Part shown: positions 28,701 through 41,800 of the stretch, one piece after another
Layout of the letters: every line of letters begins with the position of its first letter
Position numbering within the stretch: position 1 is the first letter of the stretch
Source of the DNA: Podarcis liolepis
Taxonomy: Eukaryota
Strand: one strand, 5' to 3'
Assembly (NCBI GenBank): GCA_965112155.1
Contig: OZ218098.1
Length of the DNA stretch: 64,000 nucleotides
Program-made: the position numbers and the translations under genes
Notes under the pieces: generated by a model
Told to the model about the DNA's origin: nothing
What the model saw: only the letters and a program-made list of their open reading frames with translations
The model's database searches: none

Positions 28701-29764
28701 TTGTTCAGGACGACGGCAAAGTCAGGAAATTGGTTTTTTAAGCCATAAAAAATTGTGGCTCCCATAGTCCAGTTTGAAATCAGATAGATAACAGGCTTGC
28801 TTAAAATGGCATGAAGGGAGAAAGGAAGTTTTGCTGAAGAAGAAACCCCCTGAAGTGAATGGGAGCTGTTTTAGAGTCTTTGTGGGAACACCTTGGGTGG
28901 CTCGTGACATGAGGCTGTTCCCTGGGGAAAACTGCAAGTCAGGGTGTCTGCGATGGGAGGGGAAATCCTACCCTTGAAGCATTGGGAAGGAAGTGCAAGT
29001 GTGTGGCTGTTGGCTGGATCATTACCTTGATTCAGGCTTCTGAGATCAGCAAGGGATGACTGTTGAGCTAGCTAGCAATTGTATGATTGCATGGTGCAGA
29101 CAGTGGTGATCATCAGCTCCCTTATTCAAAGGCAAGAACATGATCTTCCTAAAACAAACTGGTTCCTCCTGGTTTCGCACCACAAACTGCCTTACCAGTT
29201 ATTGCTGCTTGGAGTAATGGATTATGACGGCTACATTTATCCACGCCAAACAGAGGCACTGATTACGTAGGAGGCGTCATGAGCTCATTCTTTGGCAAAT
29301 TCAGAATTTGAAATTTGTATGTTTTTTAAAATCATTGCAGGGCTAAATGATTCAACAGTCAATCTGAGCAGCATTGCTGAAAATATTTCTTCATCAGCCA
29401 GCCATGCCAGAATTAACTTGCTCAACAAGATTCTCAGTCTGGGAGAGGTAATTTCTATATTCGCTTTAATGAAATCACCTTTGGAATATCATTTTGTTAC
29501 GTAATATTAGTGCGTGGGTTTATTTTAATAAGAAAATGCAAGCATGTTTCTAGTTTCCAAAATTGCTATCTCGGTATGTTCAAATAGCAACAGATCTTAT
29601 TCTAGATTGTTCCACGGAGATCTGGTACAAATAGATGTGCAATGGAATGTGATTTGACTATGCCTGGTTCACCTTTCATATGAATCCATAGTTAAAATAT
29701 GCTCTGTTTCTCCATTGTTGCTGCTGCTGCCACCACACCAGGAAAAAACAAGCCACAGTCCATC

Positions 29765-29808
<44 letters not shown>

Positions 29809-32800
29809 TAATTTATTTGTACCCTGTCCACTTGACTGAGTTGCCCCAGCCACTCTGGGTGGCTTCCAGCATATATAAAAACATAGTGAAACACTAAACC
29901 TTCAAAAGCTTTCCTATACAGGGCTGCCTTCAGATGTCTCCTAAGGGTTACTCTTCTCCTTGACATCTGATGGGAGGTATTCCACAGGGTGGGCGCCCCT
30001 TCCAAGAAGGCCCTGGTTCCCTGTAGCCTCACTTCTCGCAGTGTGGGAACCGCCAGAAGGCCTGCAGTGCTGGATCTCAGTGTCCATTCTGAGAAGAGCC
30101 TGGGTTTGGGGCTAGTAGCAGCTTCATACTTTACATACTTCCTGGTTTCCAGATAGAACATGAAGTCTAAGAGAGATGTGTGCATCCCTGAGTGTGTGCA
30201 TGTGCAAGCAAACTATAGTCACTTCTAGGCATGGCAGCCGGACAGGCTCCATATTCCTTTACTGGGAAGTATGGGGGTGGGGTAGTGGTGCTCACAGTCC
30301 CAATTTAGATTTCTTACAAGTTCTGGTGCCCTGAGTCCTTTTGCTAGCCTCGTGGGTGTAATAATTGTGATCCTCTAACCTTTGCACTAATAATTGTAGC
30401 TGTTCAAAAAATTTGATGAAACCATTGATCATTCACACATTGAAACAACCACCTCATTTTCAGTTCTTCTTGTACGGAAATTTATTTTATAGATGCAGAT
30501 GCACAAGTCTTCTGCAGGAAACCTTAAAGCTGGTATTTGTAAAGTCATGGCGGCATCATCACAGAATCTCCTTTGGGAAGTCTTTGGAACAAACATCTAT
30601 CGAACATTTTGCTTCACCAACTTGTCCCTTGTAGAGTCCTTTTTTCAAGAATTCACAAGTCAGATTCCTAAAGTGAGTATCCAACTCATTTTTTTTGTCT
30701 GCTAAATAATAACCTCAATCAAATTGCTTAGAGGAAAAGTTCCCCCTCTTCCCTTATCAGAGGAGCTTTTCACATTGTGCCCATTCACTCACCCTGTACC
30801 CTCAGCATAACAGTTGGCAGTTTTGTGAAAGAGGCATTTCAGTTTCATGAGCTGCAATAGCTGGAAATGAATGGCAGGGAGAAGCAGGGATGGAATATAA
30901 GACTTTATCTTTGATTGTTGGAAAACAGGCAGGCTGATCTCTCCTTGGTCAAGGGCAAAGGCTGGAGATGGGAACGCTTGCAGTATTTGTTAAGCTAAAC
31001 TCAATAGCAGCAGGTGGGAGTGTTTAAACCTAGATTTTCTCAGCCATGTAAAAAGAGGGGAGTTGTGGGGACTGTTTTTAAGAGCAAAACGATTGCATGG
31101 GCAGGAAGTTCTAAACCTTCTCCTTTGTGTGACTTCCTGTAGCTTATACATAGTTTATATCATGGATATTTTAATTCTCAGATGATTAGATTACGTTTCC
31201 CTGACCATTGGCCATGCTGGATGGTGGTGAAGGGAATCAGAATCCAACAAAGACATGAGGTCCACAGGTTTAATAACTCTGTCCTAGAGGAGATGATGAG
31301 AAGTAGGTACAGGGAGAGCTCAGCTCCATCAATCCACATACCTCCGTATCTCTAAAGCTTGGATACCCACACCCACTTTTATACAATGATCGGAGCAGAT
31401 CTGAGTTTCAACAAACAAGTTTGCTGCTGCCCTTTCTAGTTTGGCCCTAGTTATACCTGACAAAGAGTTCTAAAGGGAAAATTCAACAGGAATTTGAGGG
31501 AAATTGAGAAATGAGCAAGCATTACTTACCCATAAAATTGTCTTATACTGAGTCAGATTATTGGCCCATCTAATCAGGTGTTGTCTACCCCAATTGGTAG
31601 CAGTTCTCCAATGTCTCAGGGGAAGGGTCTTCATCAGCTCTAGTTGCCAAGAACTTCTGAAGTGGAAATGTGTATTGGTTTAGTAAAAGGAAAAATAGAA
31701 TATGGTCAAATAAAATGAGAATTCACTGTGTGCCTAGATTTGGGGCAAGTTTTGGGCAAATGAGAGAGCCCAGCAGAGGTTTAAAATCACAGAGCATGCA
31801 ACAAAGTAAAGCATTGAAATATAGGCTGTTAGACCTTTGAAATATCCCCTTCTAAGTTGCTTCCAAAGTTCCCCACTTCCTTTAGCATAGCAAGAGACCA
31901 CACGTTTGGGAAGTTTAAAATGGTTTACAGTGGTACCTCGGTTATCAAACGTAATCCATTCCGGAAGACTGTTCGACTTCCGAAATGTTTGACAACCGAG
32001 GAACAAAGGGCAGTTGGCAAAGTCAATGGAGAAAATAGAAAAAAATGCAGTGGAAGCCGTTTGACTTCTGAGGTACATTTGAAAATGGAAGCAATTACTT
32101 CTGGGTTTTCGGAGTTGGGGTTCCAAAATGTTCGGCTTCCGAGACGCTTGAAAACTGAGGTACCACTGTACTTATAAACTCTTCAAAGGTCAGATTCATA
32201 TGCCTTTCCATACAGCAGCAAGAAAAGAGAGGGAGTTTCAAAATGGTAAATATTTCTAAATTATTCATATAGAAACACAAAGCTTAAGCCAGGCAGTCTA
32301 AGGTTGGAGCATCTAGATTTGACCTCCTTACTGGTAGGGTTCACATGATGGAAAGGAAAAAGAGCAAAGCGTTTGGTAACCCTTCCTTCCACAATGAGGG
32401 CATGTAACCTAGCTAAGCCTGGCAGGACAGCTTACTCTATGGTCTTAACCCCTTCATGCATTAATTAGAGTTAAGCATGTTGGTTATATGAGGCTGGTTA
32501 TATCCAAGGATCAAACCTGGCACATCATGAATTCAAAGCATGGCCTCTGCCACTTCACCATGTTACTTCTTAAAGCTATAACACCTCTTTGCCTTAGACC
32601 ATGTGTTTGTGTGGACATAGTAGCAAACTTTAAAAGGAATGAAGGCCCTGATTGAAGACAAAATTCCATGTGCACTGAATCACAGGTGATAAAAGCATCC
32701 CTTTCAGTTAATAGAATTAATGCAGACATCCCTTCTCTATAGAAAAAATACTTGTGCACCATATATGCACCAACACATGTAACACTTCTATAGGCATCTG

Positions 32801-35800
32801 TTTCACTACTTGTATATTTAATATACAAGTCATTAAGAAGCTGCAAACAATAGTGAATTCCTGCTGCAAGTGCATGCAGTGGTCAGCTATATGTTCCCAC
32901 CCTTGAACTGAGTTCAAAAGAACCTCTTATTGGAATCATCAGATTAGGTTTTTAAAATTTGATTTTCCGTAAGAGTCTGCTTTCTCCTGTTGTGCCTTCA
33001 TCATGTTTTATAAGGGCATCACCCAGCAACTCTTATTCGTTCTGATGCTCTAGGGCTAGTAAGGTACAGTGGTGCCTCGCAAGACGAAAAGAATCCGTTC
33101 TGTGATTTTCTTCGTCTAGTGGTTTTTTCGTCTTGCAAAGCAAGCCCATTGACGGATTAGCGGATTAGTGCTATTAGCGGCTTTTAGCGGCTTATCGGCT
33201 GATCGGATCAGCTGATAAGTGGCTTAGCGGCTTAGAAAAAGGGGGGGAAGGGAAAAAAACCCGCAGGAACTCGCAAGACATTGTCGTCTTGCGAAGCAAG
33301 CCCATAGGAGATTCGTTTTGCGAAGCACCTCCAAAACGGAAAACTCTTTTGTCTAGCGAGTTTTCCGTCTTGCGAGGCATTCGTCTTGCGGGGCACCACT
33401 GTACAAGCCTTTGGCATACTTCAATACTATCTGGGAGCCCAAGCCTGTACCACAGCTTCCCCTTCCTATCTGGGAGGTTTTGCAACTGGTAGGGCAAGAT
33501 CACAAGATCTCCTAGTCATGGAACAGGTTCATGCAGGTCTGTAGTTCTCGACTCACAGCAGCATCAGCAAATGAAGCAAACCTCCACACCCCGTATATAG
33601 CTGGGCTTTCTTGAGGTTTAGTATAGAAACATTTAAATTTTCAACCAGGCCAAATTAATATTTTTACTACTAGTAGTAGTATGGTTTGAAACATGTGTTT
33701 CAAAAAGTACAATACTTTTACAGAACAGTAATAAAAAAACCAAACCCAGAAAGGTGTGCCCCTGAGCTGAGGAATGTGTATTCAGTTCATCACATGTCTT
33801 TACTTTCAGTACGGGATGAGAACAAAGGGGTTAAGCCAAAAGCTACTGAGGAAAGGGTTTTGTAAAGAGTGACTTGAAGTAAGTATGGAAGTGGGTCAGC
33901 ATTACATAGGTGATCTGGGAGTAAGTTCTGGGCACGAGGAACAGCAATCAGGAATCTTCTCTCCTGCCTAGTTCTAAAAAGATATCTAGAATGACAAGCG
34001 CTGAAGTCAAAGAAGTGACTAGTAGCCAGGATGCCTGCCCAAGTATGGTATCACACACACATACTTTCCCCACAGAGCTGCAGTTTGAAGTTGTTTCCCT
34101 TCCTCCGTTGTGAGCGAGCTATGATTAAAAGAGAACTGGCGTCCTGTGAACTGCTCTATCTATCTATCTATTCCTTTTAAAAGTTTCATTTTTGTTTTAA
34201 GTTGCAGCAAGATTCTCAGTACCAGGTGGCTTTTGTCAAGGAAACAGTTTCGTTCTTATCGCTCATCTCCCAAGTGCAGAATGAAACTTCTCTGTGGCAC
34301 ATCCTCCTGATGGCCCCAGATATCACTCAAGGTGTCAGTGCTATGAAGGATATGATTGCTGCCCTTCAGAACACAAGCAGGTAAAAGAAAAGGCAAGCTA
34401 TACACCAAAAACATAATAGCTATGCCTGGTATTTCGCTGACAGTGATGAAGTAGTAGCTTCCACTGACAGTTATAAAGGGAGGTGTTATGAAAGGAGAGC
34501 ATGAGATTTCAGTGGCTCAGCAGTAGACTGGTTTATTTGAAGGTCTAGGCTGTGTACATGGACTTCATCTGTAGTGCTTGTTTGATTAAAGTGATTTTAT
34601 TGTTCTTGGTGGTACAGAAATCTTTGTAAGGAAATAAAAATAACTAGTGTTCAAATGGGGCAGTGATGATACAACAACATCTAATACAACATTGTATTAT
34701 CAATTGTTATATCAAAGGAGCTAATAGAATAACATAGTGAGAGAAATGAATGTTTATAACAGAAAATGCAAAAAATTAAAGCAAAACAAACAAACAAAGG
34801 GGCAGTGATGATTGCCACATAGAAGTGTCTTAGGGAGGGAAACCCTGACTATTCGGAATTCATAGACTTCATGGCATTCATTTTCATCCTCCCCTTTATC
34901 TCCATTTCTTACTACTTTGGGAGTAGGCCGTCTGCTTGCCATTTTGTTTTCCTAAAATGCCCTAGACATTGTGCAATTTCTTCCCTTACACTACCTAGCT
35001 ATTTACAGGAAGCAAAGCTGTTTGATGCTCTATAATATGCTCATTCTGTGTTACTATTGCTTTATTTCCCCTGTTTACAAAGAATTATTACGGCTGTGGA
35101 AAAGGATTCTCCACTAGTTGCAAGTGACAATGGACTGCAAGCCATACAGAACATGATTAGTGGTCTGCTGCATGCCTTGAACTGTTCAGAGCAAGGTGAG
35201 GCCCCTTGCTTATCTCTTTATCAGGCATCTAAGTAATATTGATGGACAAGTTTAAGCTCTTGCAAATCCATACTTGTTGCATCATACAAAAAATGTTTTT
35301 TTGCTTCAGTTTATAACAGACACTAAGATGCACAAAATAATGAAATGCTTACTGCCAACAGAAAATAGAAGCATTTTTTTCATAAGTTATTCAAGGCCTT
35401 GTTGATGTGTTTATTCTGATAAACGGAAAAGATTAATAGTCATTAGAGATACTGGGATGGTTTGTATGTAATGTTTATGGCTTAAGAGAGCCAGGAAAAG
35501 GGTCTCTTCTCATCTCCTCCTGATACATGCCATCTTTGGCACATTATTTAACCCAGAGTTCATTTTTTTCAGAAACAGGTAACTCTGGTTTCATGTCAGT
35601 TTACTAACCAGGATCTTTAAACGTGGTTTATTCTTGGATCTTGTTAAGATCCTAGTTAGTAAGCCATCATCACCCCAGTGTTCCCCATATGACACACTGT
35701 TTGAAGCAAACTGGGACAGAAGTGCTGAATATAGTTTTGGGATGGGGAGAAATTTGTTTCAGTTTTCATGTCCTAATTGATCAAATTTGCACTTTCCAAA

Positions 35801-38800
35801 ACACAGCCATACTTCAAAATTCACATTTATTGTGGATTTATCTTGTTTATTTTTATTTTGTAGATAATAGCAGCTCAGCAATGAATGACATTTGTCAGCT
35901 CTCTCTTTACTGGAAAAACAACCCAACTTTAATGACTCAAATGAAAGACATTGTGAGGTGAGAGTAATAAATTATTTATGGGGTGAAAGTTAGGTTTTTG
36001 CTAATGTGAAATTTTATTCTGGGGGGGCAGTGGGAAGGGGGCTTTGCAAAAACTGCATAGCTTTCACTGGATCATATGAACATTTAACCAGCAACTGCTG
36101 TATTGTTGAGGCAAAGCTGGTCGATTAAACTCATAACACACTGTGGATTTTAGGGGGAAATGTATCCCTGAGAGTTAGTATTTGTGTAACATTAACATAT
36201 GCATGATTCCTCAGAAGTAAGTCACCTTGGCCGAGATTTAACTAACCAGCTCCATAAATGGAAGCCTTGAACAAGGGTTTCTGTTTGTGCGCTAGGGCTT
36301 TCCTTCCTCTCCTCTTTCGGCAGGCCCTGTCCCTCAAAACTGGCTTTCGGGTGTATGTGTGAGAATTCCCAGAATAGTACACAAAGGGAGGAGAGGGGCT
36401 TGTTCCATCTAGCAAACTGAAATGCTTGTGTAGAGGGAACAATTGAAAGAGCTTGAGGTTGAATTCTACCCACAGTGTTTAGCGGGCTTACTCCCAGCTA
36501 ACGGTGTATAGGATTTCAGCCACAGTGACAGAATCCATGACACATTGGTTGTTCTCAGATGTAGCACAAAACTATGGCTTAAGGTTTATATGCACAAGTA
36601 TTGGGCACATGCACTTCCTTCCTCTCTTCCTTCAGTGCAGCCGTGAGGTGGGAATCAACCCTTCGCTTCTGCTTTTTATGAATGATGATTTGTTGTTCTA
36701 TGCAAGCCTAGAAATGCTGCACCATTCAGAAACTGATGGGCGTGGACTTCATTCTTCAAGCAGAAGCAACATATTGTTTACTGAATTTTAAAGAATTACA
36801 CATTTGCCATGGCATAAAGACTGACACGTTTATTCTGCCATGTTCTAGCTTGAGGGGGCATTATTGTCTTTTTGTTATTATGTTATGTATTTTGTGGGGG
36901 GTTTGTGTGTTTTATGTTGTAAACTGCCCTGTGATCTTCGGATGAAGGGAGATATATAAACTGGATAAATAAATCAAATCATTTGAATTTGTATTTCTGT
37001 ATTTTTGTTCTCATTTCAGAAAAATATTACCTCCAGATTTTGCTGGTGAAGACTTCAAAACGCGTAATCTCTCAAAGGATTTAGAAACCATTAAGAAGTC
37101 TCTACATCTTTTTGAAGTTTTACCAGAGAAATTTAGCATTGCTGAACTGAACAACCTGTTCAAGCAATATGAGAATAACAGTGGAGTGAACTTGACTGAT
37201 ATCCTTCAGTGGCAAATGGAGGCTGGCAGAGACAGTAAATTAAGAGGTGCACTTAATAGGAGAGAAATCAACCAAATCAACAACTTCACATCTCTCCTGC
37301 TTCAAAATGATTTTAATAGGCTGCACTTGCTTGATATAATGGCTCACTTGAAAGAAAGTAAAAGTGTTCCCAAGTTTAGAAACATTTGGAATCAAACATT
37401 TTTAAATAAGACTAATATTATGGTCACAAAGATATGGCAAACCATTAAAACGATAAATTCTCACAAATTATCTTATATGCCTGAAAACCTTAGAAGGTAC
37501 TTAGCATCAGTCCAAGATGTGCCATCATTGTTTTCAGATTTTCTGTTTAAACCTACGACTATTTACAACTTTCCTGAGAAGTTCTTGACACTCCAGAAAA
37601 TCTTAAATATTGTAGCAAATGTTCAGAAAAGTCATAATTACTTATTGCTATCCTTCATTATTGACAAGATGCAGGACATTCAAAATTTCATTGGTGAATC
37701 TCATTGGAATGAATTCAATCATTATTGGCGTATTACAGAAAAACTGAGGTCTGCAAAATGGAGTGATACAGATATCGTTGCCTATGGGCAGGTTTTGGAC
37801 ATATTGCACAACAATCTTCATGTTCACCACAATGGCTCTGGCCTTCCTTTGAAAAAGGAGCTTGGGCAGCTGACCAAATTTGTGAACCATTTAATGAAAG
37901 AATACAGTGAGGAGAACATCAGTGGGGCAAATGTCTCAATGTTTTTAGATGCTACTCTGAAAACTCTAGATGTACTAGAAGACTTGGAGGAAAGGTACAT
38001 CCATGAATTAATTCCTGTTAATCCACTAAAGGATGCCAGCAATGAAACTGTCCAGAGATTGTTCCAAATATTCAAGGAAGGGGTAGATATACTTTCTGAT
38101 CCTAGGCTGACAGAATCATCTAGTATTAAAAAATTGGATACCCTCTTCAGTTTTTCACGCATGTTACTTTTGCAGAAGTTGTATAGGACTTCAGCACAGC
38201 ATGATTCTTCAGGAGAAGCAAAAGTACAGGATCTTTTGTATTTAACATTGACCCCTTTTCTAAGGGAAGACAATCGGGTTAATGAAAGACTGCAGAACTG
38301 TACTGTCAAGGATGTTCATCACATTGTTCTTGAAGTGCTGTTGAATAATGCCACCCTACTGGACACCTTAAGAGGAAGCAGCTGCCATTTCCTCTTTACC
38401 GCCACAGACTTGGAAAACCAAACAGCCCACCATCATACATTTACTGAGCGGTTTCAGCTTGTGATAAGAAATTTAAAATTGATGCCAACTTTTCAAAATC
38501 TCCACAAAGACAAATGGAAATACTTTTCAGATGAATTTCAGTGCTTCATCAACTCATTACAAGTTTCGTCAGAGTTTCTCTCCAAACTGAACTATTTCCA
38601 TAGCTACAAGAATCCCTGGATACAAAAGATGCATAGACGTCTAACAGCCATCTCTAATGAATTCCACCAAAGTAATCTGACCTGCCAAGCACCATGGCTT
38701 GGGCTTATGGACATTATAAATGGACCTTCTGCTCTGCACATTTTAAGCCCTTTTATTGTGAATGAAACAGAACCTCGTGCACAAAATTTATCTGGCAGTG

Positions 38801-41800
38801 TACCACAAGCCCTTGCATCTTTTATTTTGTTACAAAATGAGCCCTATAAGAATGCCGCTGTATCAAAGATATTAAAAGTGAGCAAAAATGATGCAAGTCA
38901 ATCAAAATGGAAGAACTTATCAAAGGTATTGAGTGAAGTTGCAAATATGTTGAGCTCCAATCAGAATGTGACAAATGCAAACCAGTATGTTCGACTCTTG
39001 GACATGACCAGGAAAGCTCTACTTCTCGTTGGCGCAGGACTGGCGCCTAATAAAACAGAAGCTCATCTGCCCCTTGAGACCTTAAGTTGGCAGATGAAAG
39101 TTTCCTATTTAGAAGACATGCTTGCTTCATTAAAATTATTCCTAAGTGAAACCTCTGACATAGATTTCAAAGCTCATTTAGAAATACTTTTTAATAATTT
39201 GTCTACACCTGTTGATGTTCTTGCTCAAAGCCTTTTTTATATGAACCCTCACTGGAAAGAAACCAAGAAGGCATCAAACTTAAGTAGAATGACTTGGAAT
39301 CTGCTGATTTTAAATGAGACTAATTTTAAATTAGCAACAATATGGGAAGATATCAAAAAGGTGATCTCTATGGCAAATCCGCTCTTTCCTGAGGACGTGA
39401 AGCAGGACTTTGATGCAACACAGGAAGCCCCATTGCAGTTTTCAGATCTTCTGCTTAGATCTAAAAGCAGAAAAAACATTTTGGAGTACTTCTTAGCACT
39501 TTTGAATAAGTATCGTTTTACAGCAAGCATGAGCGTGAGCCACAATGCCCCCTTAATGGCGTACCTTTCAGGAATAATGCAAAAAATCCAAAACACCACA
39601 AATTTATACACACAGGATAATGGTTCTGATACTCTTTTCAGTGCAGAACTGGAGGAACTGACTAGACACTTATCCCACATTACACAGAAGTTTACTGAGG
39701 AAGACTCACAAAGCAGCAACATCTCAGAAGTAATCGATGTGGTCCTCAGGAATCTGTTGTTACAGAAAACTTTTGAACACCAATTTAACACCAGCCAATT
39801 AGAAGCAACCCCTCAGTTGGTCTATGATAGCAATAAAGCCCTCCAAAGGGTATATGACATACTGAGGCAAGGGAGAATAATGCTTTCTGACAGCAGGCTG
39901 GAAGAAGAAACTGCTAAAGAAAAAATTGCTGCACTGTATGGTTTCTCACACTTTATCTTTCAAAAAGAATTTAATGAGTCTTTGTTAGGGCTTAGTACTT
40001 TAGCGGAAGCAAAGATAATAGATGTCTTGCATTTATCTCTGAGTCTTTTCTTAGATATTGGGAACCATGGAGCTGGAAGGCCACATAACTGCAGTGTCCA
40101 AGATGTAATTCACGTAATACTTCAGATGTTGTTTAAGAATGCCACTATCCCTGAGTTCTTGAAACAAAGTCATTGCGAACTACCTTTTACTTCCAGGGAC
40201 TTTGAAAACAGAACAATGCCCAATCAAACATTTACTGAATTGTTCCAGGACTCAATAAGCAACTTAAAGCAGACTCCAGAATTAGCAAGACTTTACAAAA
40301 ACAATAGTGAATTTTTGTCAAGTGCATTGCTATGCATCATCAAATCACTACAGTTTTCTTCAAGCCTGCTTTCAAAAATGGACGCCCTCTTCCATTTTAA
40401 ACATCCATGGATAAGGGACATTCATAAAACCCTAGCAATAATCTCTAACAAGCTGCCCCCAAATGATTCAACTTGCCCAATCCCTGTTCTTAGTGATACA
40501 AATAATACAGTCAACTATGATCCTTTGAATCTTGTCCCGCTTTTCTTTGCCAGTGAAGCAGAATTTTATTCACAAAATCTCACAGACAGCTTAGCTGATG
40601 GGAATAATTTGTCAGTGTTTTTCAAGCTATTGCAGGATAGCCTTCCTTCAAATGCTGCCATAAATGAAGTGCTTCAGATTGCCAGAGAAGCTGTCCACAG
40701 CCAATCTGGATGGAAGACTTTTTCTCATATCTGGAACGTGTTTCTCAAGTGGAACATTACAGAAGTTGAGTATGTGAAGCCTGGCTTGAAACTAGTGGAA
40801 AGAGTTCTAGTCGACAATGAAGTACCTGATGCCAGTGTTTTTAAAAATGTTACATTTTTGAATTTACTGAAGGAGCTAAAAGCAGATGTGAATCTACATT
40901 TTCTTCAAGACAGAACCAATCTGGAATATCAGCTTGACCATGTTGCACCCCCTTCTGTCATGACCACTGAAATGCTTCTAAACAGAATACTGCTTCAGAA
41001 TGAACTGGTGCAAACACTGCCTCCAAGCAGTTTGATTGGACGGTAAGTGGTCAGTTTCATAATTGTAACAATCTGTTGTTGAACTCAGCAGTTCAAAGAT
41101 TATTCAGCCTTGTTCTCAAATAGAGTTGGGTGGCCCCTAAATATCAGAGAGCTGCCAAATAGGGAGCTCGCTCTTCCACTCAGGCCCTGCTTGCGAGCTC
41201 CCCATAGGCATCCAACTGGCCACTTTGAGAACAGAATGTTGGTCTAGGTCAGCCATAGGCAAACTCGGCCCTCCAGATGTTTTGGGACTACAACTCCCAT
41301 CATCCCTAGCTAACAGGACAGGTGGTCAGGGATGATGGGAATTGTAGTCGCAAAACATCTGGAGGGCCGAGTTTGCCTATGCCTGGTCTAGGTGGGCCTC
41401 GGATTTCTCTTATGCCATTTTAGGTGAAGGCTGGCCCACCCATGAGGCAAGGTCAGGTGGCAAATCTGAGCCCAAGTTGCACACCACTTGCCACCATTGC
41501 ACCATCACTGACTCCTCCTGTGTGGGGGTGCACCACTGCTGCTGCAAGCATGCCCTGCTGCCTCATCTGCCATGGGTGGCACCCATGGAGGTGGTCGTGA
41601 CAAAGGTGACAGGTTTTGCCTCAAGCAGCAAAAGATCCTGGCCCGGACCAGATACATGCTTTAGTATTTAAGCATGGGATAAACAGTGGCGTAGCGTGGG
41701 GGGTGCAGGGGGGCCCCTCCGCACCGGGCGCAACATCTGGGGGTTAGGGTTAGGGGGCGCAAATCCACGGGTTAGGGGGCGCAAATTACTTGCCTTGCCC

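Noticed and set aside
30400-30492. Upstream acceptor for exon 6 at 30400
   Set aside because: That frame reaches TAG at 30490-30492; the acceptor at 30493 gives the homologous open exon.
37648-39791. Antisense ORFs (80, 161 and 180 aa) inside the giant exon
   Set aside because: Expected shadows of a long sense ORF; no independent coding signal.
37186-41046. The 1286-aa ORF as a stand-alone intronless gene or captured viral/transposon gene
   Set aside because: Its listed start is a GTG, the frame is open upstream to a splice acceptor at 37020, and the stop overlaps a consensus donor. Phases match the flanking ABCA12 exons and I see no RT, integrase, transposase or envelope motifs.
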